A stretch of DNA of 64,000 nt, from contig MGYJ01000031.1 of the NCBI GenBank assembly GCA_001801685.1, forward strand, positions 7,909 through 71,908, written 5' to 3'. The position numbers and the translations under genes were made by a program. Below are positions 23,633-32,791 of this stretch, piece after piece (the first letter of the stretch is position 1; the number at the start of each line of letters is the position of its first letter). The DNA comes from Gammaproteobacteria bacterium RIFCSPHIGHO2_12_FULL_63_22 (GTDB lineage Bacteria > Pseudomonadota > Gammaproteobacteria > Xanthomonadales > Xanthomonadaceae). The notes under the pieces were generated by a model. That model worked only from the letters and a program-made list of their open reading frames with translations, ran no database searches and was not told where the DNA came from.

Positions 23633-24208
23633 ATGAACGAAGCGCATCTGTGTTCCATCGGCCTGGCGCTTGCGGCGTTGGCTGGCGTGCGCGTGTACCT
23701 GACCGTGTTCGGCGTCGGCCTGGCTGGATTGCTGGGTTGGGTGGACCTGCCGCAAACCTTGCAGGTAACGACCTCGTACTGGGTACTGGGCACGTCCGGC
23801 ACGCTGGCAGCGGTCGAGTTTTTCGCTGACAAGATTCCCGGCGTGGATTCGGGCTGGGATCTGCTGCACACGCTGTTGCGCATTCCGGTCGGTGCATTTC
23901 TCGCCGCTGCGACCCTGTCGCCGGACGGCGACCTGGGCTTGGGCGCGCTGGCCGCCGGCGCCGGCATCGCCACCTTCACCCACGTGCTCAAGAGCGCCTC
24001 GCGCGCCCTGATCAATGGCTCGCCGGAACCGGCTTCCAACTGGGCCGCGTCGTTGAGCGAGGACGCGGTGGTGCTGGGCGGCCTGTCATTGGCTTTCGCG
24101 CATCCGTGGCTGTCCCTGGCGCTGGTGCTGGGCCTGTTGCTGGTCGTGTTCGGCACGGTGTTCTGGCTGGCCCGGAAGCTGTTCGTCGGCCTGCGTCGCC
24201 GTACTTGA
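23633..24208 (+). CDS. DUF4126-like membrane protein
   Basis: EFFADKIPGVD, SLSED motifs; GGAGG RBS. Confidence 0.85.
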   Translation: MNEAHLCSIGLALAALAGVRVYLTVFGVGLAGLLGWVDLPQTLQVTTSYWVLGTSGTLAAVEFFADKIPGVDSGWDLLHTLLRIPVGAFLAAATLSPDGDLGLGALAAGAGIATFTHVLKSASRALINGSPEPASNWAASLSEDAVVLGGLSLAFAHPWLSLALVLGLLLVVFGTVFWLARKLFVGLRRRT

Positions 24209-24291
24209 GGTCGGCGACAAGCAGTAGCAGAATCGCAGCCATTCTTCGGCGGTGCGCAGGCGGGTAGACGCTGCGCGCGCTGGAACACGGC

Positions 24292-25311
24292 ATGGGACTT
24301 GGATCGGGCCTGATATTTCTTGCCAGCCTGGCAACCAGCGCCGGGCTTCCCCAGCGCTTGTCCGAAACCGGCCTTTACGCCGAAGGCGCGCCGGGAAGGA
24401 TTCACCCGCAGGCGATGACTTTCACTCCGCAATATCCCCTGTGGTCCGACGGAACCACCAAGCGCCGCTGGCTGCGCCTGCCACCTGGCACGACCATCGA
24501 CGCAAGCGATGCGGACGCGTGGAAATTCCCACCGGGCACGCGCCTGTGGAAAGAGTTCTCGCATGGTCGCCCGATCGAAACGCGAATGATCGAGAGGCTA
24601 CCCGATGGCAGCTGGCGATTCTCCGTGTACGTGTGGAACGAGCAGGGCACGGAAGCAATCCTTGCGAACGAGAATGGCATCGCCGCCTTGCCCGCAGCCA
24701 CGGCGCCGGGCGGAAAATATCGCATCCTCGCGCAAGCTGATTGCCGCGCCTGCCACGAAGCCGCCAACGTGCCGGTACTGGGCTTCAGTGCGCTGCAATT
24801 GTCACCCGATCGCGACCCCATGGCGGCGAATGCCTTCCCGATGTCGCCGGCCGATGTCGACTTGCCTGGCCTGGTGTCGAGGGGCGAGATCATCAATCTC
24901 TCGCCTGAATTCCTGAAGCATCCGCCGCGCATCACCGCGCGCACGCGGGTGGAACGCGCCGCGCTGGGCTATCTGCACGGCAATTGCGGCCACTGCCATA
25001 GCCGCGCCGACAGCGATCCGCTGGTACCGGTGGACCTGGTGCTGGAACAGCGCGTGTCCGCAGGCGCGTCGTCGTCATCGGACGTGCTGGCGTCGCTGGT
25101 GGATGCGCAAGGCGAGTACCGCATGGCGGGTGCGCACGCGTTGGTTTCGCCTGGACATCCCGAACGAAGCACGGTCGCGCTGCGAATGAAGACGCGCAAC
25201 CCGATGGCCCGCATGCCGCCGCTGGGCACGGCAGTCCCCGATCCGCTCGGGGTCGAGCTGATAGAAAAATGGATTCGAGATCTCCCACCCAAAAAGGAGG
25301 CTGCGCCATGA
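24292..25311 (+). CDS. Putative diheme c-type cytochrome (SO2930-like)
   Basis: Signal-like N-terminus, PLWSDGTTKRRW, heme motifs CRACH and CGHCH, RMPPLG. Confidence 0.75.
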   Translation: MGLGSGLIFLASLATSAGLPQRLSETGLYAEGAPGRIHPQAMTFTPQYPLWSDGTTKRRWLRLPPGTTIDASDADAWKFPPGTRLWKEFSHGRPIETRMIERLPDGSWRFSVYVWNEQGTEAILANENGIAALPAATAPGGKYRILAQADCRACHEAANVPVLGFSALQLSPDRDPMAANAFPMSPADVDLPGLVSRGEIINLSPEFLKHPPRITARTRVERAALGYLHGNCGHCHSRADSDPLVPVDLVLEQRVSAGASSSSDVLASLVDAQGEYRMAGAHALVSPGHPERSTVALRMKTRNPMARMPPLGTAVPDPLGVELIEKWIRDLPPKKEAAP

Positions 25312-25958
25312 AACACAAGACCCTCGTTGCAAGCTTGCTGCCGGTGATCGGACTGTCGGCAGTGATCGGATTGGCCTTGCAGTCCAGACCGGCGTCCAGT
25401 GCCACCGCAGGTGCGGTGCAAGCTGGCGAAACCCAGGCGGCCGACACCCCGACGGCTGCCCCGCCAGCGCTCGACGCGCAAATCGCCCGCGGGAAATACA
25501 TGGTGACGGTTTGCGGATGCAACGACTGCCACACGCCCTTGAAGATGGGCGATGCGGGGCCGGAGCCGGACTACTCACGCATGCTGTCCGGGCATCCCGA
25601 AAGTTTGGTGATGCCGTCGGCGCCAACCTTGCCGCCCGGACCCTGGAACACGTCGGTCGCAGCGACGCTGACGGCGTGGTCGGGACCCTGGGGCGTCAGC
25701 TTCACCGCCAACCTGACGCCTGACAAGGAGACTGGGCTGGGTGACTGGACGGCGCGCACCTTCACGGATGCGATCCGCACTGGTCGCCACCAGGGCCGCG
25801 GACGCCCGATCCTGCCGCCGATGCCGATCGCCATGTACAAGCACCTCACCGACGAGGACTTGAACGCAATCTTCGCCTACCTGCAGTCGATTCCGGCGAT
25901 CAGGAACAAGGTGCCCGAGCCACTGCCGCCGCCGGAGGCCACGGCAGAGGCACAATAG
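25308..25958 (+). CDS. c-type cytochrome
   Basis: Signal peptide, CNDCHTP, NLTPDKETGLG, PPMP; ATGA overlap with upstream cytochrome. Confidence 0.8.
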   Translation: MKHKTLVASLLPVIGLSAVIGLALQSRPASSATAGAVQAGETQAADTPTAAPPALDAQIARGKYMVTVCGCNDCHTPLKMGDAGPEPDYSRMLSGHPESLVMPSAPTLPPGPWNTSVAATLTAWSGPWGVSFTANLTPDKETGLGDWTARTFTDAIRTGRHQGRGRPILPPMPIAMYKHLTDEDLNAIFAYLQSIPAIRNKVPEPLPPPEATAEAQ

Positions 25959-25985
25959 CCGGACTCCATCCACGGAAGCTTCCCG

Positions 25986-26486
25986 ATGCGCGCACCTTGC
26001 CTGGTCTTGTTGATGATGATTGGCGGCAGCATCGCCATTCCCGCCGCCGTCGCGCACGAGGCAGACGCTGCGCCTGCCTTGGTGCAGGACATCGATCCTG
26101 CGGCGAAGGAAGCAGTGGCCGTGGTCGTGGCGTTTTCCGCCGCTATCCAGGGCGTGCGCATCGATGAGGCCAGCGCCTTGCTCGACCCCGCCGTGCTGGT
26201 GCTCGAAAGCGGCGGGTCGGAACGCAACCGCGACCAGTACCTGGCCGAACACGCGCAGGCCGACGCCGATTACATGAAGGATGCGCGCCAGGAACTTCGC
26301 TATCGGCAAGCGCGCATCGTCGGTGACATCGCCTGGGTTGGCAGCGAGAGCCTCATCAGCCACGAAAAGGGCGGAAAGCCAAGCTCAAGCCTCAGCACCG
26401 AAACCATGGTGCTGAGGAAAACCGCACAAGGCTGGAAGATCGTGCACATCCACTGGTCCTCCCGCCCCGCGCCTGTCGCCAAGTAG
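25986..26486 (+). CDS. Secreted NTF2/SnoaL-like (DUF4440) protein
   Basis: Signal peptide, ETMVL and WKIVHIHWS. Confidence 0.8.
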   Translation: MRAPCLVLLMMIGGSIAIPAAVAHEADAAPALVQDIDPAAKEAVAVVVAFSAAIQGVRIDEASALLDPAVLVLESGGSERNRDQYLAEHAQADADYMKDARQELRYRQARIVGDIAWVGSESLISHEKGGKPSSSLSTETMVLRKTAQGWKIVHIHWSSRPAPVAK

Positions 26487-26488
26487 TC

Positions 26489-27157
26489 CTATTCCTGCGC
26501 GACGGCGTCGGCTGCAGGCCAGCTTGAATCGCCAATGCGCTTCAAGTTCATTTCGAAGAAGCGTACATCGGGCGCGCCCGGTATCACGCGGTCGCCCACT
26601 TCGTGCCACTCGCCGCCCTTGATGGTGGCGGTGTAGCGGATGGTCATCGGGCCGGCCGGAATTTCCCAGACGAAGCCATCGGCCGTCTGCTTGAAAGAGT
26701 ACTCGCCCGAATTTCCCATCGCGTGCGCCTGGAAGCGCAGCGCCTTGCGCGCGTTGTCGAAGTAGACGATGCCCAGCGCGTTGAAACCGACGCGGCCGTC
26801 GGCTTCATAGCCGCGACCTTCGATAACTTTCACGGAGCCATCCAGGAAGGAGCCGACGCGTTCGGTCTGGGTGAGTACGTGCTTGCTGCCATCGGGCAGG
26901 GTGGTGCTGGCCGTGCCGCGCCATTCGCCATCCATGAAGGCCAGCGGCGCGATGGCTTGTTTCTGCGCTGCCATCATCGCGACTGGATCCGGTCGGCCTT
27001 GCGTGGGTCGCGCGGCGGGTTTCGCCGCTTCGGCCGGCGGCGCAGGCGAAGCCGTTGCCGCCGCACTGCCACTGGCGAAGGCTGGCGCGATCAGCGCCAT
27101 GGCGATGGCGGCGGACAGGATGCCGGCGCCCATCAAGATCAGGTTTCGGTTCATCAT
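26489..27157 (-). CDS. Secreted hypothetical protein (DUF1579-like beta-barrel)
   Basis: Signal peptide, LAFMDGEWRG, TQTERVG. Confidence 0.6.
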   Translation of the reverse strand: MMNRNLILMGAGILSAAIAMALIAPAFASGSAAATASPAPPAEAAKPAARPTQGRPDPVAMMAAQKQAIAPLAFMDGEWRGTASTTLPDGSKHVLTQTERVGSFLDGSVKVIEGRGYEADGRVGFNALGIVYFDNARKALRFQAHAMGNSGEYSFKQTADGFVWEIPAGPMTIRYTATIKGGEWHEVGDRVIPGAPDVRFFEMNLKRIGDSSWPAADAVAQE

Positions 27158-27191
27158 TTGTTTCCTCCTCGAATATTGCAGCGTGGATGGA

Positions 27192-27491
27192 TCACGCACC
27201 GGCGGGCGGCGCGTCGATCAGACTGCGCAGGGCCTTCATGTGCCGGTCGAGTGCCTTGCGTCCGGCCGGCGCGAGCCGGTACCAGGTGACCGGCTTGCGA
27301 TCGACGAAGTCCTTGCGCACGGCGATGTAGCCATCGTCTTCAAGCCGCTTCATCTGCGCGCCGAGGTTGCCGTCGGTCAGGTCGAGTTGCAGCTTGAAGC
27401 GCGCGAAGCTGATCTCGCCGTGGCGCGCCAGCAGCACGGCAATCGCCAATCGGTGCCGGTGCTCGAGCGTGGCGTCGAATCCCTCGAGCAT
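27192..27491 (-). CDS. Winged-helix transcriptional regulator (MarR/ArsR-like)
   Basis: RLAI, LTDGNLGAQMKRLEDDGYI, TWYRLAPAGR. Confidence 0.85.
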   Translation of the reverse strand: MLEGFDATLEHRHRLAIAVLLARHGEISFARFKLQLDLTDGNLGAQMKRLEDDGYIAVRKDFVDRKPVTWYRLAPAGRKALDRHMKALRSLIDAPPAGA

Positions 27492-27492
27492 G

Positions 27493-28074
27493 TCAGTCCA
27501 TCCCGGGTGCGGATGCGCGGTCTGCACGCTGGGTACTGACGCCGGCCCACACCAGTGATATGGCGGTGGCGATGCCGGCGAAGGTCCAGGCATGCGGCGG
27601 GTTGTAGACCACCAGCACCGCATAGGCGGCGAACATCACGAGGCCGCTCCACAGCAGCGGGCGTTCCAGATGCACGCCGGCCAGGGTGTACAGCAGCGCG
27701 GCAACCAACATGAAGCTGTTTGCCGTGGCCGCCATGTCGGCACGTCCCATCACCACCGGCAGTGCGACGCCGAGGAAGGCGACGCCGCCCACCAGCCAGT
27801 GGAAGCCATGGCGACGGCCGAGTTCGCCGTCGATGACGCCATTCTTCAAGGCATCGCGATGGCCGAGGTACCAGCTGAGCAAGCCGCCGCCAAAGCCGGC
27901 GACCAGCCAGAAGCTGCCGGCAACCTTTGGCGCGAGATCGGGCAGCGCGAAGCCAACCAGCACGATGAAGGCCCACAGGAAATAGATGGCCGGTACGCCC
28001 GGCGAACGGTCGCGGCGGCGCACGGCATTGGCAACGTATTGCAGGTCTTGCTTGATCGAATCGGACGGGGACAT
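27493..28074 (-). CDS. Hypothetical membrane protein
   Basis: About six hydrophobic segments; first gene of a tightly spaced three-gene operon. Confidence 0.75.
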   Translation of the reverse strand: MSPSDSIKQDLQYVANAVRRRDRSPGVPAIYFLWAFIVLVGFALPDLAPKVAGSFWLVAGFGGGLLSWYLGHRDALKNGVIDGELGRRHGFHWLVGGVAFLGVALPVVMGRADMAATANSFMLVAALLYTLAGVHLERPLLWSGLVMFAAYAVLVVYNPPHAWTFAGIATAISLVWAGVSTQRADRASAPGMD

Positions 28075-28104
28075 GGGGGCCTCCTGGGCCGGGGTGTTGG
28101 ATGG

Positions 28105-28133
28105 CAGAGTACTCTGTGATCCAGAGTTGTCAA
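28105..28133 (-). promoter_or_regulatory. Sigma70 promoter with palindromic operator
   Basis: TTGACA (28133-28128), 16-nt spacer, TACTCT; three CAGAGT/ACTCTG half-sites overlap spacer and -10. Confidence 0.6.
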
Positions 28134-28192
28134 GTAGGTTGAGCGAAACGGGCGGGGCGCAATGCCGCCTGCGTTATCATTTCGCTGCTTTC

Positions 28193-28268
28193 GGGCCTAT
28201 AGCTCAATGGTTAGAGCGCGGGACTCATAATCCCTCGGTTCCAGGTTCGAGTCCTGGTGGGCCCACCA
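28193..28268 (+). tRNA. tRNA-Ile2 (anticodon CAT, lysidine type)
   Basis: 76-nt cloverleaf, loop CTCATAA, GGTTCGAGTCC T arm, encoded CCA; resembles ileX-type tRNAs more than Met tRNAs. Confidence 0.88.
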
Positions 28269-28269
28269 A
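28254..28269 (+). repeat. attL core of island
   Basis: CTGGTGGGCCCACCAA repeated exactly at 46489-46504. Confidence 0.9.
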
Positions 28270-28378
28270 ATCTAGGTATCCTGGGCGCGACTGGACATCA
28301 AGAAAGGCCTTAAATAAAGGAACATTGTTCCGCTAGGCCCAAGTCGTTGCTCTCCGGTGGTTTACGCTGAGCGCTTGA

Positions 28379-28432
28379 CATACCCCCAGCTTCGGGGAGC
28401 ATTCTGGGGGTACGGCGCCCCAGTGGGGGTAT
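28379..28432. repeat. Putative integrase arm-type sites, left end
   Basis: CATACCCCCA 28379-28388, CTGGGGGTAC 28404-28413, GTGGGGGTAT 28423-28432. Confidence 0.55.
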
Positions 28433-28447
28433 TTCAGGTTTAATTTT

Positions 28448-29692
28448 ATGCCCCTCTCGGATGCGGCCGTTCGCGGTGCTAGGCCAGCCGAAAAAACGTT
28501 CAAGCTTTCCGATGAGCGCGGAATGTTTTTGCTCGTGACTGCGGCCGGAGGCAAGCTCTGGCGCTTCAAGTACAGAATCCTGGGTAAAGAAAAACTACTC
28601 GCCTTGGGAGCCTATCCCGACGTGAGCCTTCGTGATGCGCGAGAGCGTCGAGATGAGGCGCGCAAACTCGTTGCCGCGGGAATCGATCCGAGCGAACGCA
28701 AGCAGATGCAGAAGCGGGCCGCGCTAAAGGCTGCGGGTGACACTTTTGAATCGATCTCCCGGGAATGGGTTGGCCGTCGTGGCAAGCATTGGACTGCTGC
28801 GCATGGCGCGCGCGAACTTCGTCGCCTCGAACGCGACCTGTTTCCATGGCTGGGAAAGCGCTCTATTTCCTCGATCGACGCCGCCGACTTGCTGGACGCG
28901 CTCCGGCGCGTCGAAGAGAGGGGTGCCATCGAGACAGCGCACCGACTACGCTCCCTGGCATCTCAGATATTTGCCTACGCAATCTCGACACGTCGCGCCT
29001 CGCGGAATCCTGCCGCTGACCTGACGGGCGACGCTCTGCAGCGGGCCACTCCCAAGCATCGAGCGGCCATTACAGACCCGGCCAAGATAGGAGGCCTCCT
29101 GCGGTCGTTTGATGCCTATGAGGGCACCTTTGTCACCAAGTCTGCGCTGCGCCTCGCGCCGCTGCTCTTCGTGCGGCCCGGCGAGCTGCGCCACGCCGAA
29201 TGGTCTGAGCTCGACCTAAGCAATGCCCTCTGGAGCATTCCGGCAGAAAAAATGAAGATGCGCCAAGCGCATGCGGTGCCCCTGAGTACTCAGGCAATAA
29301 CCATCCTGAGCGATCTCCAGGCGCTCACCGGCGGATCTCGTTACGCCTTTCCAAGTGCACGCAGTGACAAGCGGCCCATGAGCGACAACGCCGTTTTGTC
29401 GGCGCTCCGACGAATGGGGTACGCGAAAGATGAGATGAGCGGTCACGGATTCCGAGCGATGGCGCGCACCGTTCTGGACGAAGTGCTGCAATTTCGACCC
29501 GATTTCATCGAGCACCAGCTCGCCCATGCAGTCCGAGATCCCAATGGCCGGGCGTACAACCGCACAGCGCATTTGGCCGAGCGTAGAAAGATGATGCAGG
29601 CGTGGGCTGACTATCTCGACCAGCTCAAAACCGGTGGTGACGTGTTGCCTTTCCAGAAGAAGGGTGGCGAACGCCAGGAGGGGGCGAGGTAA
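28448..29692 (+). CDS. P4/CP4-57-type tyrosine integrase
   Basis: N-terminal arm-binding domain (LSDERGMFL, KLLALGAYP), VRPGELR, HGFR, QLAH, AYNR. Confidence 0.95.
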   Translation: MPLSDAAVRGARPAEKTFKLSDERGMFLLVTAAGGKLWRFKYRILGKEKLLALGAYPDVSLRDARERRDEARKLVAAGIDPSERKQMQKRAALKAAGDTFESISREWVGRRGKHWTAAHGARELRRLERDLFPWLGKRSISSIDAADLLDALRRVEERGAIETAHRLRSLASQIFAYAISTRRASRNPAADLTGDALQRATPKHRAAITDPAKIGGLLRSFDAYEGTFVTKSALRLAPLLFVRPGELRHAEWSELDLSNALWSIPAEKMKMRQAHAVPLSTQAITILSDLQALTGGSRYAFPSARSDKRPMSDNAVLSALRRMGYAKDEMSGHGFRAMARTVLDEVLQFRPDFIEHQLAHAVRDPNGRAYNRTAHLAERRKMMQAWADYLDQLKTGGDVLPFQKKGGERQEGAR

Positions 29693-30444
29693 TGGTCAAC
29701 GCCACATATGCAAGCACGGCACTACTTGATCGCGTACGCAGACTGCAGTCTTGCGTCGAAGCGGCCCTTTTGCAGGGGGAGCTGCGACGGCCGGATGAGG
29801 TCGAAACCGCCGTTGCTGCGATTGCCAAGTGGGTTTCGATGGGCGAAGCGAACATCGAGTTTTCGCTGACTTGTCACGATTTGTGGGGCGATCTATGGAT
29901 TGAATACGCTGGATGGATCGAAAGCGAAACTCCGCTGTCAGTCGCTCTCGGACTTCAGTCAAATCCGGAATGGGACTATCAGGAGATTTTCGCCGCTGTT
30001 GCGCTCATGTATGCACGTTGTGCGCTTAAACAGCTCGAGTTGAAGAGCCCCACGGGAACAGCTCTGGGGGCGATGGCGTACGCCGACGCGGTTGAGCATT
30101 TCGAACGCTGGAGAAGCGTGCGCGGCCAAGCAAGGTGCCGAAATCCTTGGGATAGGCTGGCAGAACTCAGCGAATGCGTTGATAAATTGACCGCCATTCC
30201 ATACATACACAAGGCGAAATCGGAGTCAGCAAGAAGAGCGGCCCTGGCTCTACACTCCCGCGATCCAAGGCAAGCTGCAAAAATGGAAATCCATGAAGAA
30301 TGGAAGCGTCGACGCGCCCTCGGCAGTGTGAAAGCGATGGCGTTTTCAGTGGAGATGCACCACAAGCATGGCGCCGTTTTGTCCGTTGGAACGATCAATA
30401 ATCTGCAAACCGGCTGGAACAAGACATTTCATCGTGCGCGCTAA
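29692..30444 (+). CDS. Hypothetical protein coupled to integrase
   Basis: 250-aa ORF whose ATG overlaps the integrase TAA. Confidence 0.65.
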   Translation: MVNATYASTALLDRVRRLQSCVEAALLQGELRRPDEVETAVAAIAKWVSMGEANIEFSLTCHDLWGDLWIEYAGWIESETPLSVALGLQSNPEWDYQEIFAAVALMYARCALKQLELKSPTGTALGAMAYADAVEHFERWRSVRGQARCRNPWDRLAELSECVDKLTAIPYIHKAKSESARRAALALHSRDPRQAAKMEIHEEWKRRRALGSVKAMAFSVEMHHKHGAVLSVGTINNLQTGWNKTFHRAR

Positions 30445-30522
30445 GTGACATTTTGCACGCAGCGTGATGCGACGCGATTCTGAGACTGTCTACTGACCTC
30501 CTACGCTAGCTGGGAGTTAACA

Positions 30523-30795
30523 GTGACCAACCGTCCGAACCAAAGTGCTTCTCAGGCCCGCGCCGCGAGAAATGTCGCGGCTGTGAACGCATCCGCCGCG
30601 CCTCGTCGTTTTCTGCGCATAGCCGACGTGCAGGCCTCGGTGGGGCTGAGTGCAGGAACTATCTACAAGCTGGTCAAGCGCGGTCAGTTTCCGCCGCCGG
30701 TGAAGCTCACTGCGCGGTCGAGCGCCTGGCTGGCCTCGGAACTCGATCAGTGGATTGAGAGCCGTGCTAGCGCTCGCCAGTTCAAAGCCAAGTAA
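30523..30795 (+). CDS. alpA: AlpA family regulator / recombination directionality factor
   Basis: RFLRIADVQASVGLSAGTIY, GQFPPPVKL, AWLASELDQWI. Confidence 0.92.
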   Translation: MTNRPNQSASQARAARNVAAVNASAAPRRFLRIADVQASVGLSAGTIYKLVKRGQFPPPVKLTARSSAWLASELDQWIESRASARQFKAK

Positions 30796-30962
30796 GCCCC
30801 GGCCCGACCATGAATCAGTTTTATTCCCGTTGTGGCTTCGCGGCGCCAAGTGCGCCGGTGAGTGACGCCTCCCCTCGTCGCATGGCACGGATGTCGCCGC
30901 TCCACTGGTTCGTTGCCGAATTGATGGAAATCTCCACGCGGCGCGGGAGCACGGGGTAGATC

Positions 30963-32207
30963 ATGGCTCTCAATGACCCTCTGCCCGGCCGCTCAGTGCT
31001 CGGTTTGCGTCGAGCCGACCAGATTGTGTCGCGGGCCACGCCTTGGCTCATCGATGGGTGGTTGGTCGAGGGGACGCTCGCCGGGCTAGTTGCACCAAGT
31101 TCAACATGCAAAAGCTTTCTCGCAATCGATTGGGCTTGCTGCATCGCAACTGGCACGCCCTGGAACGGGCACGCCGTGAAAAAGCGGGCTGTTTGCTACC
31201 TGGCTGGGGAAGGACTTCACGGTTTGCGCAAGCGAATCGCCGCCTGGGAGATCGCCAACGGCATTTCCATCAAAGACGCTCCGCTATACCTCAGTGCCAG
31301 CCTTCCGTTTCTCTGCAACGATCTGTCTGCCATTGCGAGTATTGACGAAATGAATGAGGTCACTCTTGCTGGCCCGGGATTGGTGATCATCGACACGGTC
31401 GCTCGTGCAATGGGCGGCGCGAACGAGAATAGCGCGGAGCATATGTCCGCCCTCATCCGCTCGATGGACTGGTTCAAGCAGGAGCTCGGTGCGACAGTAC
31501 TTTCAGTGCACCACACAGGCAACAACCCTTCGAATCAGACGCGCGCACGGGGAAGCAGCGCATACCGCGCCGCCCTGGACAGCGAGTTTCTCCTCAAGGC
31601 GGTTGGCGCCCACGAAATCGAGCTGTCCGTTAGCAAATCGAAGGATTGGAGCGCTGAAGCAGCCTTGCGGTTGCGCAAGGTTCTGGTCCCGATCGAGCTT
31701 GAGGGTCAAGACGAATCGAGCTTGGTGCTTCGCCTCGTCACGAGCATCAAGACCGAAAATGCAAGGCTTACGCAGGTGCTCGCGCTGCGTGCTCAGGGAC
31801 TGAGCATCAGAAAGATCGCAGATGAGTTGAAGTTGAATCGCAGCATGGTCGAACGGTTGCTAAAGCCACACGGGAAATCCGAAGGCGAGACAGTAGCGGT
31901 TGTCTCGTCTCGGCCCCCTTATACAGGGGGTGCCGATGAGACAGCGTCCCGCCGAGACACAACGGCCGAGACAGTCCGAGACGTTCGAGACGGCGCCGAC
32001 GAGCGTTGCCAGGGACCAAGGGCGGTTCATCCAGGCCAGCAGCTTGCCGAAGGGGGGCTCGTGAATGACCCTGTAATCGTTGCGCGCGTGCGCGCGCGTG
32101 AGGGCGACAATATCGGCCCCATCGTTTTCGAGCGCCCGCACACGGGTGCAGCAACCGCAGACGCGCACGCGCGCGCTTACGAAGGCCTCAACGATGGCAT
32201 CCCGTAA
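30963..32207 (+). CDS. AAA_25 / RepA-like helicase with C-terminal HTH
   Basis: WLIDGW, Walker A-like APSSTCKS, Walker B VIIDT, VHHTG, RGSSA, LSIRKIADEL HTH. Confidence 0.85.
   Translation: MALNDPLPGRSVLGLRRADQIVSRATPWLIDGWLVEGTLAGLVAPSSTCKSFLAIDWACCIATGTPWNGHAVKKRAVCYLAGEGLHGLRKRIAAWEIANGISIKDAPLYLSASLPFLCNDLSAIASIDEMNEVTLAGPGLVIIDTVARAMGGANENSAEHMSALIRSMDWFKQELGATVLSVHHTGNNPSNQTRARGSSAYRAALDSEFLLKAVGAHEIELSVSKSKDWSAEAALRLRKVLVPIELEGQDESSLVLRLVTSIKTENARLTQVLALRAQGLSIRKIADELKLNRSMVERLLKPHGKSEGETVAVVSSRPPYTGGADETASRRDTTAETVRDVRDGADERCQGPRAVHPGQQLAEGGLVNDPVIVARVRAREGDNIGPIVFERPHTGAATADAHARAYEGLNDGIP
31887..31991. repeat. GAGAC iteron-like array around a palindrome (putative origin)
   Basis: Six direct GAGAC, two inverted GTCTC, CCCCCT-TATAC-AGGGGG at 31914-31930. 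Confidence 0.6.
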
Positions 32208-32427
32208 CTCTTCCCGCGACGCCCTGAACCGCCACAAATCACGTATGTGCGCTGCAGGATTTAGACGGCTGAACGTTTGGTGCCATCCCGATCTCGTAGC
32301 GGCGTTGGCTCAACAACGTAAGCCGAAAGAGTGCACGGGCCGGACGATAGAACGCCTGATCTTGGGTGAAGCCCGCAAGCGCCCAGCTTTCAAGAAGGTG
32401 GGGCGCAAGCCCTTGCCCAGGCGATGA
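32194..32427 (+). CDS. Small basic DNA-binding protein (RHH/MazE-like)
   Basis: RHKSRMCAAGFRRLNVW resembles the DUF3018-type pattern; overlaps the helicase stop. Confidence 0.5.
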   Translation: MASRNSSRDALNRHKSRMCAAGFRRLNVWCHPDLVAALAQQRKPKECTGRTIERLILGEARKRPAFKKVGRKPLPRR

Positions 32428-32791
32428 CCCGGAATTGGCGTCCCCATCCGACTCCGTGGCCCGACCTGCTATTTGAGGTCGTTTTGGCCATCTCTGTTGC
32501 TGTCCTAGCCACCGAATGCCCTGCGTAGGCTCAGCAACGGAGAGGGTTCTGTTGGCTGGACCAGTCCGCATACCCCCAAATGCACCCCGGGCCGGAGCCG
32601 ATTCAACTCGACGCGTGGCCAGCGACCGCTACGGGAGCCGAGACGCTGGAGAACTTCCAACCAATCCGCCAAATGTTTGGCCGAGCATTCGCACGCGCAG
32701 TCCATGCGACTGGAGTTCGAAGCTCAGGGCCATCGCTACCGTTCTCCGCACCGCTGGTTGGTCAGATTGCGCCAGGCCGGTGGCCGCTGGG

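Noticed and set aside
28193-28268. tRNA-Met call from the CAT anticodon
   Set aside because: Sequence pattern fits lysidine tRNA-Ile2 better; lacks initiator features (three G-C anticodon pairs with C1:A72 mismatch)
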